This document shows positions 36,364 to 50,850 of a DNA stretch of 64,000 nt, piece by piece (the stretch's first letter is position 1; each line of letters starts with the position of its first letter). Position numbers and translations under genes: made by a program. The notes under the pieces were generated by a model. The model did not search any database and was not told the DNA's origin. It worked only from the letters and a program-made list of their open reading frames with translations. The stretch is from Phoronis australis (taxonomy: Eukaryota > Animalia > Phoronida). The stretch covers positions 1,665,599-1,729,598 of the forward strand of contig NMRA01000026.1 of assembly GCA_002633005.1 (NCBI GenBank), given 5' to 3'.

Positions 36364-39300
36364 AAGGGGCGGAACTTGTGCTACATGGACCATTTATTGT
36401 GCTGGGTAATTGCCTTTCTTGGAGAAGGGGTGGAGCTTGTGGTGGATTGGTTGATGAGGGGGTGAGATTTTGCAGCTTGAACAGAATGATTAGCTCATTC
36501 TTGATTTATAGATGAGAGATTTGAATATTTGCAACACAGAGATTATGATCGTGAAATAAACGGATGTGATCAACAACTGAAGGAGAGGCTTTGGAAAAAG
36601 GCAGGAAATCAGGTGGTGATCAAACAGTGAGAAAAATGGAAATTTACCTGTGGTAAAACCTTAGCAAGTAGAATTTATAACTATTCTAACTCATTAGGGG
36701 ATAATTATGCAATGTGAACTGTTGGTTTGCAGAGTAATGATGGTAATCAAAGACATGTAAGTGTTGGCTGATATTTGTTGTGAAGAAAATAATTGTTGGG
36801 GTGCATGTTGTTGCCCTGAAAGCTGTAACAATCGGTGTTTCTCTAATGAGTGAAGAGGTTATTGTGGCTCGTGTAGCATCAAATTTGCATATTTATGATG
36901 AGATTTGCTTGACAGATGTGATTGGATTGAAAAACTTTTTTGTTGTTTTCGTTGTCTAAATGAACCTGTGATGTTCACATCAATCAGTACGTGTTCTTTT
37001 TGTTTTGATCAGTTGCAGAACATCTGTATAACAAGAAAGTTGTACAAATTAAGGTTGTTGTGAGTTGTCACTGTTACTTGTTTTTTATCACCATTTTGCA
37101 ATTTTTTCTTGACCGTCTCGGTAATTGTCTGCTCATGCCGTGTTTGAGTTTCTTTTATACTTTGTTTGCTGAATAGTTCTTCAGTATTGATTTGCAGGAT
37201 GGTGTTTTGTTTTTATAGAGCATTACAGGAAAATAATATTACATTATGTAGCACAGGTGTTCTGAAGTGCCAGTTGAATTATTAAGTTATGACTCTTGGT
37301 TAGTGATGCGCATGGTCCCTAAGAATATGTACGTATCCTACATATCATCAGCAATTGAAATTTGCATCAGCCCTAGTCAAACTACACTATTCGTTTAGAA
37401 CAGGTGTTAAGCCCATTCTGAGAATATAGAACCCCTCTTCTGGATACAGGAGCACCATGGGTTTGCGAGTTAACATCAGATTTTCATCCCTGTATTTTTC
37501 AAAGTATCAATAAAATATTTAAATATATCAATAAGAAATTGATTAGTATCATACAGTACAAGATATATTCAGACAAAATGACCCTGTTATGACAACAAGG
37601 CGGAAGCCGAATTCGTTGATGGAGTAGTCTCCCCTGATGACCGATGAAGGAGAATTAACAAGAAAGTTAGTAAGGTGACTAAGCCATCTTAAAATTAAGA
37701 TTTTACCATCACAATAATTATTACCATTCATTTTTATTGTTGACAAAATTGCCGATCGTGAAGGGAAATGGTATTGTGTCCGGTTACTTTTCTGTTGTTC
37801 TGTATGCAGTTCTTTGCAATTTATAAAGCTGTTGATTAGTCGGTGAGGCAAGTACTTATTCTTTGTAAGTAAAGAAAAATGCTTTAGCAGCCTGTCTGTT
37901 AGTGTAGTTTCTTTTACAATGGTGCATTTTATCCTTAAATGGCCATGTTCATTTAGGCGAGACCTTGCAAAGTTGGTTTGTGAATATAGCCTTAAACAGT
38001 CCAGCAGAGCATATCTCCTCTGATGTGCACTTTTCTTTAATGTTTGAACAGCCATTTTGTTACATTATAATCACTACTGTGTTGAGCTAGTCAAAATATA
38101 AAGAATCCAGTTGTTGACTCAGCGGTTCAATGTACATTTCTTATGAATAAAAGGTATTAGTTTTATTTTAATGTTGATCTTGTTAGTTTGAATTGGGAAT
38201 TACACTGTAAGATTACTTAATGCACACGCAGCACCATGTTAGGGAATCTCCATTTTGGTTCATGTTTATAGGTGTTATTCTTTGGTTTTTAGTTGCTCAC
38301 TTTTAAAAAAATGTACCCAGACAACAAAAATGGCTTTCACACTTTGCTTCCTTGACGTTGTGCAACTATTCGACCAAAAAACGAAGCCTCCCTTAAAATT
38401 GATGGGACTTACTTCTTTTTAGTCGTTTTGCGAAGATCTCGAGATTGGTCTGGTACGGACTTGGCTTTAACTGCCATCTGTGGCAGATCTATTGGAGTTT
38501 TGAATAGCCCTGCCCATTGTGCGTTGTATGTATGTAACTTTGATTTAAACATAACTGCATCCACAGGTCAACATGCCAACAAATAACAATACAGCATAAA
38601 ACACACTGTGATGTTTCTTTTCGAATAGAATTCAATCCACTGAATTCTAGTTAAACCTCAATAATTAGGCAGGTGTTGCTCCTTACGCGTAGTAGAAGTT
38701 GCGACAAGTTACTGCGCAAGTCCATAGACACAATTCATATCCAAGTCCGACAAATATCGACCAAGCTGACAAATTATTCAGGAAAAAAATTTATCCAAAT
38801 TCGACAGAGTCTTGGATACTACTGTTGAAGTTTTTCTGGTAATACTAGAAAAAATATATTTTGGAATCTTTTGGTGCATGTACATTTAAATTGCAACTAA
38901 AAGCAACATCCCGATTTACACAGATATTCTGCTGCATTAACCAATTGGGAGCTACGAGCAGTGATAATCTTTGCTATGACAACACAGAAGATTCGACGGG
39001 ATGTGTGTTTTGTTATGAATGATTCTCATTTGAAAAACAACTTATCCCCCTACACTATTATAACCTTGGACAAATAAAGTATTGCAACAAATGGTGTAAA
39101 TTTTTTCGATGATTTCTTTCTGTAAACAAGAGCTACGTGGAGTGTTGAAATGCACCCACGACTGCAATGCAACTCCAGTACTATTTTTAATTTAAAAATA
39201 GGCATTAGATGGCACAGAATACATCGAATCTAGCCAAAGGAAGGTGTCGTCAACTCTAACACAACACTGTCACCCAAAATTGAAGGAAATCCGCAAAAGA

Positions 39301-42300
39301 ACTGCAAAGATAGAGACAGGCGTAACTTAGTTTTTTCTGAGAAAAAGTGTGACCTTGCAAGGAGTTAGGTAGATACAACCACGCCGATGCCAACAAAAGC
39401 AACGTGAAGCGTTGAAATGCGCTTACGATAGCACCGCAAACGGTATGCTCCTATGTGTTATTTTTAGTATTAAAAGGATGTCCATTAGATGCCAAATAAT
39501 TCGTCAAACCATCGAAACTGAGAAGGTGCGTCATCGATGTCGCAGAATGTGTTACTGTGTTTTTCCATCAATTTTGTTTAGTCCACGTATTGCATAACTT
39601 TCTGTTGTTGTTTATCACCACTTTCTTTGAGTAGAGGATTAGTAATACTTAAAATTCTTAGAACTGTTTGTTTGTCAGCATAGTGCATCCTTTATTAATT
39701 TGTTTGTCTTATTTGATTGGTTAATTTGAGTTTCTCGATTACGGCCAGCCGCTCAGAAAAGTCCATTGGGGATAATTATCTCATATCTGATTTTGTATAC
39801 CAGTGTCTCTATTGTGCCTACATTGACTATCATAATAAAGGACTATTGTGGAGATATTTACACTGTAGGCTTGGGTTACAATAGGCATACCTTTGCCTGG
39901 TACTCAAAGACCAAGCTACACCACCAGAGAAAGCACTACTTTCAGCCAAGCTTAGATACCTATGCCTATTTCAGTTGGCTGTGTTTTATACGTTTAAGTA
40001 TTACTCTTCCTTCATTTCACTCTCATAGCATGAGGCACGCTTATCCCAAATAAAAGAAGACGTGAACTGTTGGAAGTTTAAACATTTGAAACGTACATAG
40101 CAAAAGGATGTTTTACGAATACCATTCATAGCTGGGGCCAAAACAGAACATAATTGTTAAACTTAGTTTGGTGTCTTACTATGCATCTACTCTTATAGTG
40201 TTAAATTCCTTTTTGAATTCAAGTTCGTACGCCGCATGATGCATTGTCTGAGCTGAGAATTCCCGAGAAATAAAAACTGGTATGAATTAAGGATACTCTA
40301 GAAAAAATAATACGTAGGACCTGTCTACACTCAGATTGTACAGTTCTCTGTTCTCCGTTTGTAGACTTAATCAATCGCGAGAAACATCGCAATTCATTTT
40401 CAAGCGTAACTACATTCGAAATTACCCGGGAGCATTTACAAACAAAATTTTGCTTCACCTTAAAATGAAACTTTGTAGAACATCCTTTAATGATTAAAAA
40501 CGAGGTATTCACCAAGATGGAGTTGAGAAGTAACAATACGAACAGTATTTTCCTTAACTCAGACTCGGATAGTGGATACATCAAGACAACATTCTTTTTC
40601 AATATCATGTTCGTATTTGGATGAATTCTCAAGTCTTGTAATTGGTTTTCTACAAATAAACTCGTAGAAAACGATAATAGGTTTAAATCTTTTGTTTACA
40701 TATTCTGTGGCTCAAAACTCACCACTTGTGTAGGCTTACTGATCACAGTTGTCATCAAAACAATCTAACCTGACGAATCTAAAACACGGTTTTAATACAT
40801 GTCATGCAAAAATAATCATTCTGTAAAAATTCCCAAACTTAGGTCAGTCTCCCGAATTTCGGACACCTAAATCCAACCCCTAACAGATTTTTTGATTTTG
40901 AAATTTGGGAAACGGTCGAATTTGATATTCGCCATTATTTCTGAAATTTTGGACACGTCGATTTTGGCAGCATTGGCCATTATTCTCACATTTCGGACAG
41001 TGCGCTCTTCTGCATGATCGGGATATAAATCTTGAAGTTCATCAAGCAACTGCCGGAGTTACACAACGTTTAAAACTACTGCCGATGTAATGTATTGACT
41101 GGTGTCGCAGTCTGTAGTTATCGAGGTGGGTCGCGTTTCCTTGACATTCGAAACATTTCCCAGGCTTGATCACGGTATCATTACGCAAATAAACTGTACA
41201 TTCTCTGACTTTCGCGTAATCGCCACAGTGTCATGCATAGGCGGATTTAAGAGGGCCCAGGGCCCCCTCCCCCTTGGCAGCCGCAAGTAAAATGAAAAAA
41301 CCACAGCGTGAAGCGTGAGAAAATATTGCGTTCAGTAACTAGGACCGGTAGCGCATGAGGGGGTTGGGGGCTCAGATTCCAGAGGAATCGTGTTCCCGTT
41401 TATTTTTGTTTTTTTCTTCAGTCCACCGATAGAACGGAAGGTCCACCACATCCTGGCACCCGAACGTCAACCACATCCCGGCCCCCGCAACTTTCGAGCC
41501 CCTGTACACACACAATCGCGCTTTACCCAATTTCCCGAGGCAACATGTTGCCCCATATCTTAGATTCCCCACTGTTACACTTCGTATTTGGTTTAACAGC
41601 TAATTAATAAGCACCGATGATGAGACAGGCGTTGTGTTACCAAGTCAGATTTCTGGTTCACGACTTCAATTTTTTCTGTGAACCTGCGGCCCACTTACCT
41701 TCCTCCCGAAGCAGCCCCGCCTGAAATCCCACTTTTCAATTCAGTTGTTTCAATATTTTTCCTTCTCGAATGTTGACCGTGACAACTATGCAACAAGTGT
41801 TTAAAATAACACTATCATCTCTTTTTGTTATTTGCCAGAGTTCACTTTCTTTAGTAACATTACTATTGGAAACATGTGTTTACGGTAACATACACTACAT
41901 ACTATCAGGATCGCAAAGTTTTACTTTCTGAAGAAAATAGTTTACTGCTAAACTTTTATGGAAAATCCAATACGTACATTTCAATCAATGTGATACCAAT
42001 TATCCACACTACAATTCAAAGTTACGAGATAGTTGTTTGCCCATTTTTATCAATCAGAAAACCTTTAGCTACAAATTTCAGGTAGACACCTGTACATGGA
42101 GTAGTTTATCGCATTTTAAAATCCGACTTAATTCTGAATTTTTTCTGAATGATTGTATGAAACGGCACCAAACGTCTCATAAATTATTATATACAACGAT
42201 GTATCATTTTGGATGAATGTCCTGACTACATTATACACAGCAAGTTTGAGGGATCCATACGCTAAAACCCTGGTCTTTATAGGAGAGAAATCTTTTGAAT

Positions 42301-45300
42301 CGTTGAAATTATTTCCCTAATTGTACATGACAATGTTGGCGTCAGGTCAAACAACACTTTGCGGTTCGAGGTTGTCTTCACGTTTGCCATCGTGCCAAAG
42401 GCTGTTAACCAAGTTTGCTTTCTACATATTAGAAAGCGTCATCTTAGAAAGGCGAGTTTCTTTCCACGGTGTTGGAATGATGCCGATAGGCGGCAGTAGT
42501 GAACCTGAAGGTTTTGGTGTGACATATTTGAGAAGTTCAGGAGGTTGAACATCCACAGCCCTTCGCTTTGCCATTCGCCGCCCGAATCGCCAAAACGATG
42601 TTGTTCAGTCTCAAGTAAAACAAATTTTGTGAAATGCAAAAATCCATATCCTAGTTTGTCGTGCAGTATACGTTAAAAATAATCATGTTGTAGATATATC
42701 TTTGTCTCCCTACTCACATTCCATTTACTGGCCTATTTTGTATTCTACACGAAATACTTCGGCTCTCTCGCACCAAGGTTACGAATTTTGAAACCATCTA
42801 AAACAGTGTGTGGACCTATTAATCTTTAGTTAAAGTTTCTCCGTTTCCACCTGTCCCGTCACTTTCATGGAACGGTTTGACCACCCATGATCAAATGGTG
42901 TGTGATTTTTAAAACGATCGAAGCCTGGGCCCGTAGCGAAGATCGATCTAAATCCGCGTACACGCATGAAATATGAATTCAACCCATTCACGAGCGGACG
43001 GCATTGCTATCGGGCCGGAGTGAACATGGGACAGATAAAATTCCACAGCAGTACCGGGAATGCAAGGGCCGAGATTATCGGGATGAACCGCTTTTATATT
43101 AAAGCATCGTCCAATATAGCTAACGCACGGCTATCATGATACGTGAACAGTCACTTGCGCGTGGTGGTGTTTTGCGATTAGTACTATAAGTACTAGGCTC
43201 TACCTCGGTTAAACTGTAATCTGGCGTACTGCTATGTGTCAGAATAACAATTCCAAACTTTTATTGATTGAATATACCTCAACATGCGCGTACCCCGGGG
43301 GAGGGGGGGGGGGGCTCGAACGAGGCCCCCCATTTGGCGAAGTGGGCGGAAACAAGGTCCGCTTCCGAGTAACAAAAAGTCCGGGAAAATGAGACAAAAG
43401 TGCAATAAACAAGCACAGACGCGCCATTCACAGTGATGCCCCCGTTTTTTTTTTGTTTTTTTATTTTTTAGTCCGCCCGCTTTTTGTTACCAAAAGGTCC
43501 ACAACGTCAGGAATTCGAGCCTCCCCATATTGAAGTCTGAGTGGGCGCATGCCTCAGTCGCATAAACAAGCAACAGTTCTATAATTGCCAAATAAACGTC
43601 CGGACACGTAATCGAGACCACGGGGACCTTTTTTACTTGTATCTCGTTGGCGGCAACGCTGTTTCGCTAGTCTATTCACAGTGCCAGGTTACTCATAAGT
43701 AGGCTATGTCGTATGCGCTGCTCCAGGGTTAAATATCATACTGTCTGCAGTCGCGTCGTTTGTGTTTGGTTTGCGAACAGTGATGTCCATGGTAAACGTG
43801 AACTTCGTTGAGCATCATATATATTACGAATAATCAGTCAACTGGACGTGTTACACGACAAATATATGTATATACCTTATTTCCTATCACAAAATTTGGT
43901 GAGTCGATTCTGTTTATAGTCAGCAACATCGCTGTTTATGCTCGTGTGAATTTCTTGTCAGCAAGAACGATCACAAATCTGCGCGCAAGTTCAAACCGTC
44001 TAAAACCGCAAATCGAAAAGTTGTCGGCACCCGATCGCGGCATCAATTCTAAGATTTCGGACACAGTCAACTTTTGCCGATTTTCTCATATTTCACGAAT
44101 TTCGGACAGCCAATATTGCCTATTTCTAACACTTCGGGCAGGTTCTGAAATTAGAAGTCGACGCTGAAGTTTATTACCTGGTTATTAAGCGCGGGGAAAG
44201 AGTTCTCAGCGAATTGAACATGAGCAACATTCTTTCAATTAATTGGCAAATTTATCAAGAGAATGATGTTTATAGAGTATACATACTTGAAGCGTTTATT
44301 AACAAAACTGAACATATGACTTAAGCCTTGTAATGTGCTTATTAACTTAGTGCCTCTGTCTCAATGCTAAATGATCACAAGTTTTTTGTTTCTCGGCAAC
44401 TTTTGCATCAATTTTTGCTACTCGACGACTGTATAAGATTGGTTTTAATCAAGAATTAGTAATATCTAGGACCAATATTCCCAGGTAATATGGAACTAAA
44501 ATTTTAAATAAATGCCTTAGTAGTTATATATTCTGATGTGTTCTCAAGGCCTTGTAAATGATTACGTAATCCGCACCAGCGATTTGTGTGGTTGGCTGGC
44601 TCACTATAGAGCTATTGTCAGGAAGGCTTTGTCATCAGCGACAGCGGGCAACTGAACTGGGGAAGGGAAGCGGTCGCTCTCTCAGCAGGCTGACCGTCAC
44701 TGAGTCTCTATATCTAACTTTCACCTGTACTTCATATAGTAGTATTATGAGCAGTATTAGTAGTATTAGCAGTGGGTTTTCCGCATTGAGTGAGTTGTTC
44801 TCCTCATCTGACGTTTGTAGTCTTCATAGTCCTACCAGTCGAGACTCATCTCTTGTTCTTGCCAACGAACCACCTATGCGTACGATAGCCACAATCTCTG
44901 CAAAACAACTACTTGACCAATTTCATGAAAACAAGCTTACGAACTCCTAAGATAGACCTAATCAGAAACCAACGAATTTGTTAATCAAAACGGAATGCAT
45001 AAGCAATTTCCGCATGCATGCTTGCAGACTCTTCAGTGACGGGTAGCTTACCTGGAGGAATATGAGAAATGGGGCATTCGTATTAAGGTGTATTTTTGCT
45101 CATTTCAGAGTTACCTATGACGGTTCACGAGGTAAACTTGAACTCCACTGACAGAAAAAAGCTGAAATCTTTGCTTATGATTTGGAATGTTCCTTGAGTA
45201 TCCCCTTTCGACATGTACACGGTCATCATAGTAACCTAGACAGCAGTGTTTACCACTAAATTGTGGTAATTCCTCGCAAATAACTCATAGTAACCATCTT

Positions 45301-47388
45301 CAAAAGAGACCGTTATTCTTGTGATACTACGGGAAACAGTAACATAATTTTATAACTAACCATCGGAAATAGTCCTTTTGTGTAAGCTACTTGTTGACGT
45401 GTTATACGAAAGTCGAAAAATTCATAGATGATTTTTGACAATTAAAAGCTAATCTTGTAAGAATTGATGATGTTTCAGTGAATTTAATTGCAGCCTGAAG
45501 TTGGAAAAACTCTATAATCAGATACCCAAATAGTAAAGCACACGTAGATTTTATTTGCATATCTAAAATAACTCTCAAAGACATTGATGAAATTCGGACT
45601 CACAAACCGTAAATAGAAAAACCTTTTACAAATCGTTAAGTAAATAAAATTAAACTCATTGCTTGGAAAGGTTGCTTTTGCTCGTGCTTGGTGTTTTTAG
45701 TTTCCAGTAATATTGAGCCGAATTTTTGTTCTTCAAAACTGAATTGATTGCTTGTCCTGATTCATGACTGACGTACCCACGTTATAGATAAGATGTATCC
45801 ATGCAGTATGCCCGGGCAGAATCTGAGTGATCCACGGGAACTGAATTTGAACTCCAGGCGTTCACGAAGGGTGTACATTTTTGGGACACATTATCCTTTT
45901 CCCCAGGCAACAAAAACTGGACTACCGGTAGTGTTTCAACTAAGCAGTTTGAAACAACCCCAATGACCGCAGCATTCCAGGGACTCCGGGACCTCACCTT
46001 TTGAAGAAAACTCCTTGAAAGAATAAAATAAAGTTTTCCCGAAACTGGATCACAATAAAACGACTTATAGCTACTTGAGGCAGCTCCTCGCTACCGCCGG
46101 GTCAGTGTACTGGTCTTAGGTCCATTCTTACTCTCTGTGTTGGTTCACGCAGGGTTACTCAACTCTTGATGGCTTCATCACCGGGATTGTCTCAGGGGCG
46201 GATCCAGAATTTTGAGTTGGGGGGAGGGCAGAATATTAGCCAAGGTTTTACCCGTCTGAGGAATTCGCACCTCCGCACTGCCAAAAGAAATCTGGGAGAA
46301 TTTTAGGGGCGTCATGGCCCCTTGGCCAACCCTAAATCTGCCACTGTGCCCCCCACCTAGGGCNAAGTAGAAATGGTTTGTGCCCCCCCCCCAATAATTT
46401 TTGCCTTCCTACGGGCCTGCACTAGAGACCCTCCATACACGGTGGGGGGACTTTTCAGTAAATTATGCCTCACACTGATTAAACCATCAAGTTGCTATAG
46501 ACCTTTTGCGCACAGAGGGTTACCTTAGGAGGCTGTTGATGTCTCAAATTCCTTCCAACTCGAACAAATACTGTCGTAATCAAACTTTTTTTCGCACCAG
46601 TCCTTCGTTCACCAGTTACTACCCAAGTCGTCAACTGGTCGTATTTACACAGTTCAATGTCATCGATGTTTGAGGATATAACTGCGTGTTGATTTTTATG
46701 AAGAACTCTTCATTTTTTGGTATTTGTAAATATGACAAGGTCGTAAACAGACATCACGCAAAAATTTAGCATGTTGTAACATTAATCAAACTTATTAGAA
46801 AAATTACCAACGTTTCTAACCTGAATATTGCAGTGATGACCATAATCAAGGGAGCGTATTTATTGTAAGTGGATTTGTAGTGTACACCGAATCATAGACT
46901 AAACGTGGTGAACACACGGCGAAGTTCCAACAAAGACGATTCAGCTTGGACTACCGAGTCGGCTCTGATATCGATGATAGATAAGGACAGCTATCTAGCA
47001 AGCGCGGTTTCGTTCAAATACGTCACATGAAACTGAATAAATGCCCGAACGTATTTTCTAAAAGGGGGGGGGGGCATATTATGTCACTAAAACTGTCGTC
47101 TATACTGTGTCTAAAACGGTTACTTTCCAACAAAGTCATCCAATATATTTTAGTTTTTGTCCAGCATTTGAGTGAAATTGCTATCTGAGTTACTTTTGGA
47201 GACTGTCATTCATGTGGCCTGAGTGGACACATTAGTCGCGGCTGTCGTTCAAGGAACCACTCAGCGGATGCCAAGCGTCAGACAGATTCGAGATCCCAAG
47301 TAGCAAATGGGCAATACCAAAATTTAAACTGAAAACCGCTGGGTCTGAGACCGAGGATTCAATCGCTTTCGATGCAAATAATGTTAAC

Positions 47389-47910
47389 TGTCTTTTTCTA
47401 GCTGTAAATATTTTTGGTGAAGCATTTGACGCCTTGTATGACGGGGGTTCAGCTAATACGCTTATGTCCGTCACTGTATTTGAAGCAATCGGGTTTTTAC
47501 CCAACCCAGGGCATGGGCTTTGTTCGCATACTATTCCACTTTATGATGCGAGTGGAAACTTGATTAATGATTTAGGGTACTTCGAAATTTCGTTTAGTGT
47601 TGAAAATCTGGCATTTTCATATAAATTTCTTGCCGATCATATTGACGTACCAATTATTTTAGGTCTCGATTTCATGAAACGAAATAGTTGTCAAACATTT
47701 AACCTTCCCCAGAAGGACTTCGTTTATATCAAGGGGGTACCGATATCGCTATGTCCCAACCGTAAATGTATGATTGGTGTGGTGACAAGTTACGACAGCA
47801 AACCTTCAGGGTTGGAAAACGGTTCACTAGCCAGCCATTTAGAATCCATGTATAAGAGCGCGATCGAAGGTCTTAAAGGTAACTTACTCCATGGTGACAC
47901 AAGTCTGTGA
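47389..47910 (+). pseudogene. Ty3/gypsy-type retroviral aspartic protease relic (copy 1)
   Basis: LFLAVNIFGEAFDALYDGGSANTLMS ... LYDASG ... PIILGLDFMKRN gives the ALxDxGS and ILGxDF motifs. No RT or IN downstream. Confidence 0.7.
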
Positions 47911-48087
47911 CTGAAATTTTTTGTTCTCTTTACGTAGTTCTGAAGTCTTTCCCAACCAATCAATTTGTGTTGTACTAGCCTCGTCTCAAAATTGTTTTTG
48001 TCATCGTGGTTGTAGCACACATCGTAATTAGCACTGACTCCATGTTTGTCAATATCATTTCCAACATCACCATCATCAGCTTATTTG

Positions 48088-48403
48088 CAGGCCTTCATGA
48101 ATACGTCCTGGGCGTAAATTTGGACGCCCTAGCACTAATCTGGACGCCCTGGCAACTGAGGACGCCCAATGTATCATTTGGACGCCTTCTGTCAATCAGA
48201 ATTTCTCTTGTTTGGACACCCACCTTGTAAGATTACTAGGACTCCCAGTTAAAGAAAGATGTGCGATTGTTCAAGACAGAAGTTGGTCCTTTCATTTCAG
48301 AGAGAAATATACAATGTATGTAAAATGTTGGAATCATGGACCCTGTGGAATATTGTGAACCCCATTTTGGACACTCTATTTTCGAAATCCTGAATAAAGC
48401 CCT
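48088..48403. mobile_element. hAT-like MITE with ggacgccc subterminal repeats (also in copy 2; related end fragment at ~18624-18663)
   Basis: Ends caggccttcat / ataaagccctg form an imperfect TIR. Multiple tggacgcc(c) motifs. The 18624 sequence caggccttcatccaggattttgaaaatagggtgtccaaa matches the reverse complement of the right end. TSD not clear. Confidence 0.5.
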
Positions 48404-48801
48404 GGCTTGAATCGATGCCAAAATCTCGCATTCTGTAGAAAAACTGACTATTCATGTAGACAACTTCTCTAGCAGTTCGTACACTCTAGTAGTCTGTACA
48501 CCTCACTTCTGATGTTTCATCACCGGAAATGGAAGAAAAAGAACATTGCTGCAAGTCTGTGAATGAATAATTGGCAAATGGATTTCTTTTCGTTTCATTT
48601 ATTTCTTCAAATTATATAAAATGCATTACAAGTCCTACGATGGGGACTGATAGAAGCATACGTGAAAAAAAAATTGTCGTTCCATCTTGCGTTTCATGGT
48701 GTGCATAATTGGAGCCAAGGTGGGATAAACAGTTTTGTTGTATGTAGTTTATTAACTGAAAGTTATACTTTATCATAACACCTTATGTTTTGATTTAATA
48801 C

Positions 48802-49019
48802 AGATTTTGAGCAAATACCGAACAGGGCTGAGGTCAAAATCACCATCAGTCATAAAATATAGATTTTGAGCAAATGCCGAACAGGGCTGAGGTCAAAATC
48901 ACCATAAGTCATGAAATATAGGTTTTGAGCAAATGCCGAACAGGGCTGAGGTCAAAATCACCATCAGTCATAAAATATAGATTTTGAGCAAATGCCGAAC
49001 AGGGCTGAGGTCAAAATCA
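48802..49019 (+). repeat. 59-bp tandem satellite, ~3.7 copies, running into the gap
   Basis: agattttgagcaaatgccgaacagggctgaggtcaaaatcaccatcagtcataaaatat; each unit contains the inverted pair gattttga/tcaaaatc. Confidence 0.9.
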
Positions 49020-49661
49020 NNNNNNNNNNNNNNNNNNNNNNNNNNNNNNNNNNNNNNNNNNNNNNNNNNNNNNNNNNNNNNNNNNNNNNNNNNNNNNNNN
49101 NNNNNNNNNNNNNNNNNNNNNNNNNNNNNNNNNNNNNNNNNNNNNNNNNNNNNNNNNNNNNNNNNNNNNNNNNNNNNNNNNNNNNNNNNNNNNNNNNNNN
49201 NNNNNNNNNNNNNNNNNNNNNNNNNNNNNNNNNNNNNNNNNNNNNNNNNNNNNNNNNNNNNNNNNNNNNNNNNNNNNNNNNNNNNNNNNNNNNNNNNNNN
49301 NNNNNNNNNNNNNNNNNNNNNNNNNNNNNNNNNNNNNNNNNNNNNNNNNNNNNNNNNNNNNNNNNNNNNNNNNNNNNNNNNNNNNNNNNNNNNNNNNNNN
49401 NNNNNNNNNNNNNNNNNNNNNNNNNNNNNNNNNNNNNNNNNNNNNNNNNNNNNNNNNNNNNNNNNNNNNNNNNNNNNNNNNNNNNNNNNNNNNNNNNNNN
49501 NNNNNNNNNNNNNNNNNNNNNNNNNNNNNNNNNNNNNNNNNNNNNNNNNNNNNNNNNNNNNNNNNNNNNNNNNNNNNNNNNNNNNNNNNNNNNNNNNNNN
49601 NNNNNNNNNNNNNNNNNNNNNNNNNNNNNNNNNNNNNNNNNNNNNNNNNNNNNNNNNNNNN
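49020..49661. other. Assembly gap (642 N)
   Basis: N run; ORFs spanning it are artefacts. Confidence 1.
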
Positions 49662-50850
49662 CCGCCCGCTTTTTTGTTACCAAAAGGTCCACAACGTCAG
49701 GAATTCGAGCCTCGGTCCCCATATTGAAGGCTGAGTGGGCGCATGCCGCAGTCGCATAAACAAGCAACAGTTTTAAAATTGCCAAATAAAGGTCCAGACA
49801 CGTAATCGAGACCACGGGGACCTTGTTTACTTGTATCTAGTTGGCGGCGTTTCGCAAGTCTATTCACAGTGCCAGGTTACTCATAAGTAGGCTACGTCGT
49901 ACGCGCTGCCCCCTGCAGAAATAAAGCAGGCTTATATATCATACTACCTGCACTCGCGTCGTTTGTGTTTGGTTTGCGAACAGTGATGTCCATGGTAAAC
50001 GTGGACTTCGTTGAGCATCAAATATATTACGAATAATCAGTCAACTGGGCGTGTTACACGACAAATATATGTATATACCTTATTTCCTATCACAAAATTT
50101 GGTGAGTCGATTCTGTTTATAGTTAGCAACATCGCTGTTTATGCTCGTGTGAATTTCTTGTCAGTAACAACGATCACAAATCTGCGCGCAAGTTCAAACC
50201 GTCTAAAACCGCAAATCGAAAAGTTGTCGGCACCCGATCGCGGCATAAATTCTAAGATTTCGGACACCGTCAATTTTTGCCGGTTTTCTCATATTTCACG
50301 AAATTCGGACAGCCAATATTGCCTATTTCTAACACTTCGGGCAGGTTCTGAAGTCGACGCTGAAGTTTATTACCTGGTTATTAATGCGCGCGCGTAAAGA
50401 GTTCTCAGCGAATTGAACATGAGCAGCATTCTTTCAATTAACTGGCAAATTTACAAGAGAATGATGTTCATAGAGTATACATAAATGGTTCTGAATGGAG
50501 AATATACACATTTGAAGCGTTTATTAACAAAACTCAACATATGACTCAAGCCTTGTAATGTGCGTATTAACTTAATGCCTCTGTCTCAATACTAAATGGT
50601 CACAAATTTTTTGTTTCTCGGCAAGTTGTGCATCAATTTTTGCCACTCGACAACTGTATAAGATTTGTTTTAATCAAGACTTAGCAATATCAAGGACCAA
50701 TACTCCCAAGTAATATGGAACTAAAATTTTAAATAAATGCAGTTATATATTCTGATGTGTTCTCAAGGCCTTGTCATTGCACAAGCGATTTGTGTGGTTG
50801 GCTGGCTCACTATAGAGCTATTGTCAGGAAGGCTTTGTCAAGATCAGCGA

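Larger units (their letters stand above)
43472..49019 (+). repeat. Copy 1 of a near-tandem segmental duplication (probably an allelic haplotype)
   Basis: Colinear with 49662-53885 from ccgcccgctttttgttacc to the 59-bp array, with scattered SNPs and indels. Carries ~1.44 kb (about 44895-46335) absent from copy 2. Confidence 0.9.

Noticed and set aside
37549-38055. 168-aa minus-strand ORF downstream of CCAR1
   Set aside because: AT-rich, no motifs, antisense to the CCAR1 3' region; likely chance.
40219-41049. 137-aa and 60-aa minus-strand ORFs
   Set aside because: No domain; the region has recurring tttcggaca motifs also seen near 44050, suggesting non-coding repeat DNA.
43808-44167. ORF 'conserved' at 43808 and 50011
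   Set aside because: Conservation only reflects the recent duplication or allelism; non-ATG start and no motifs.
48964-49815. Long ORFs spanning the N run
   Set aside because: Artefacts of translating Ns.
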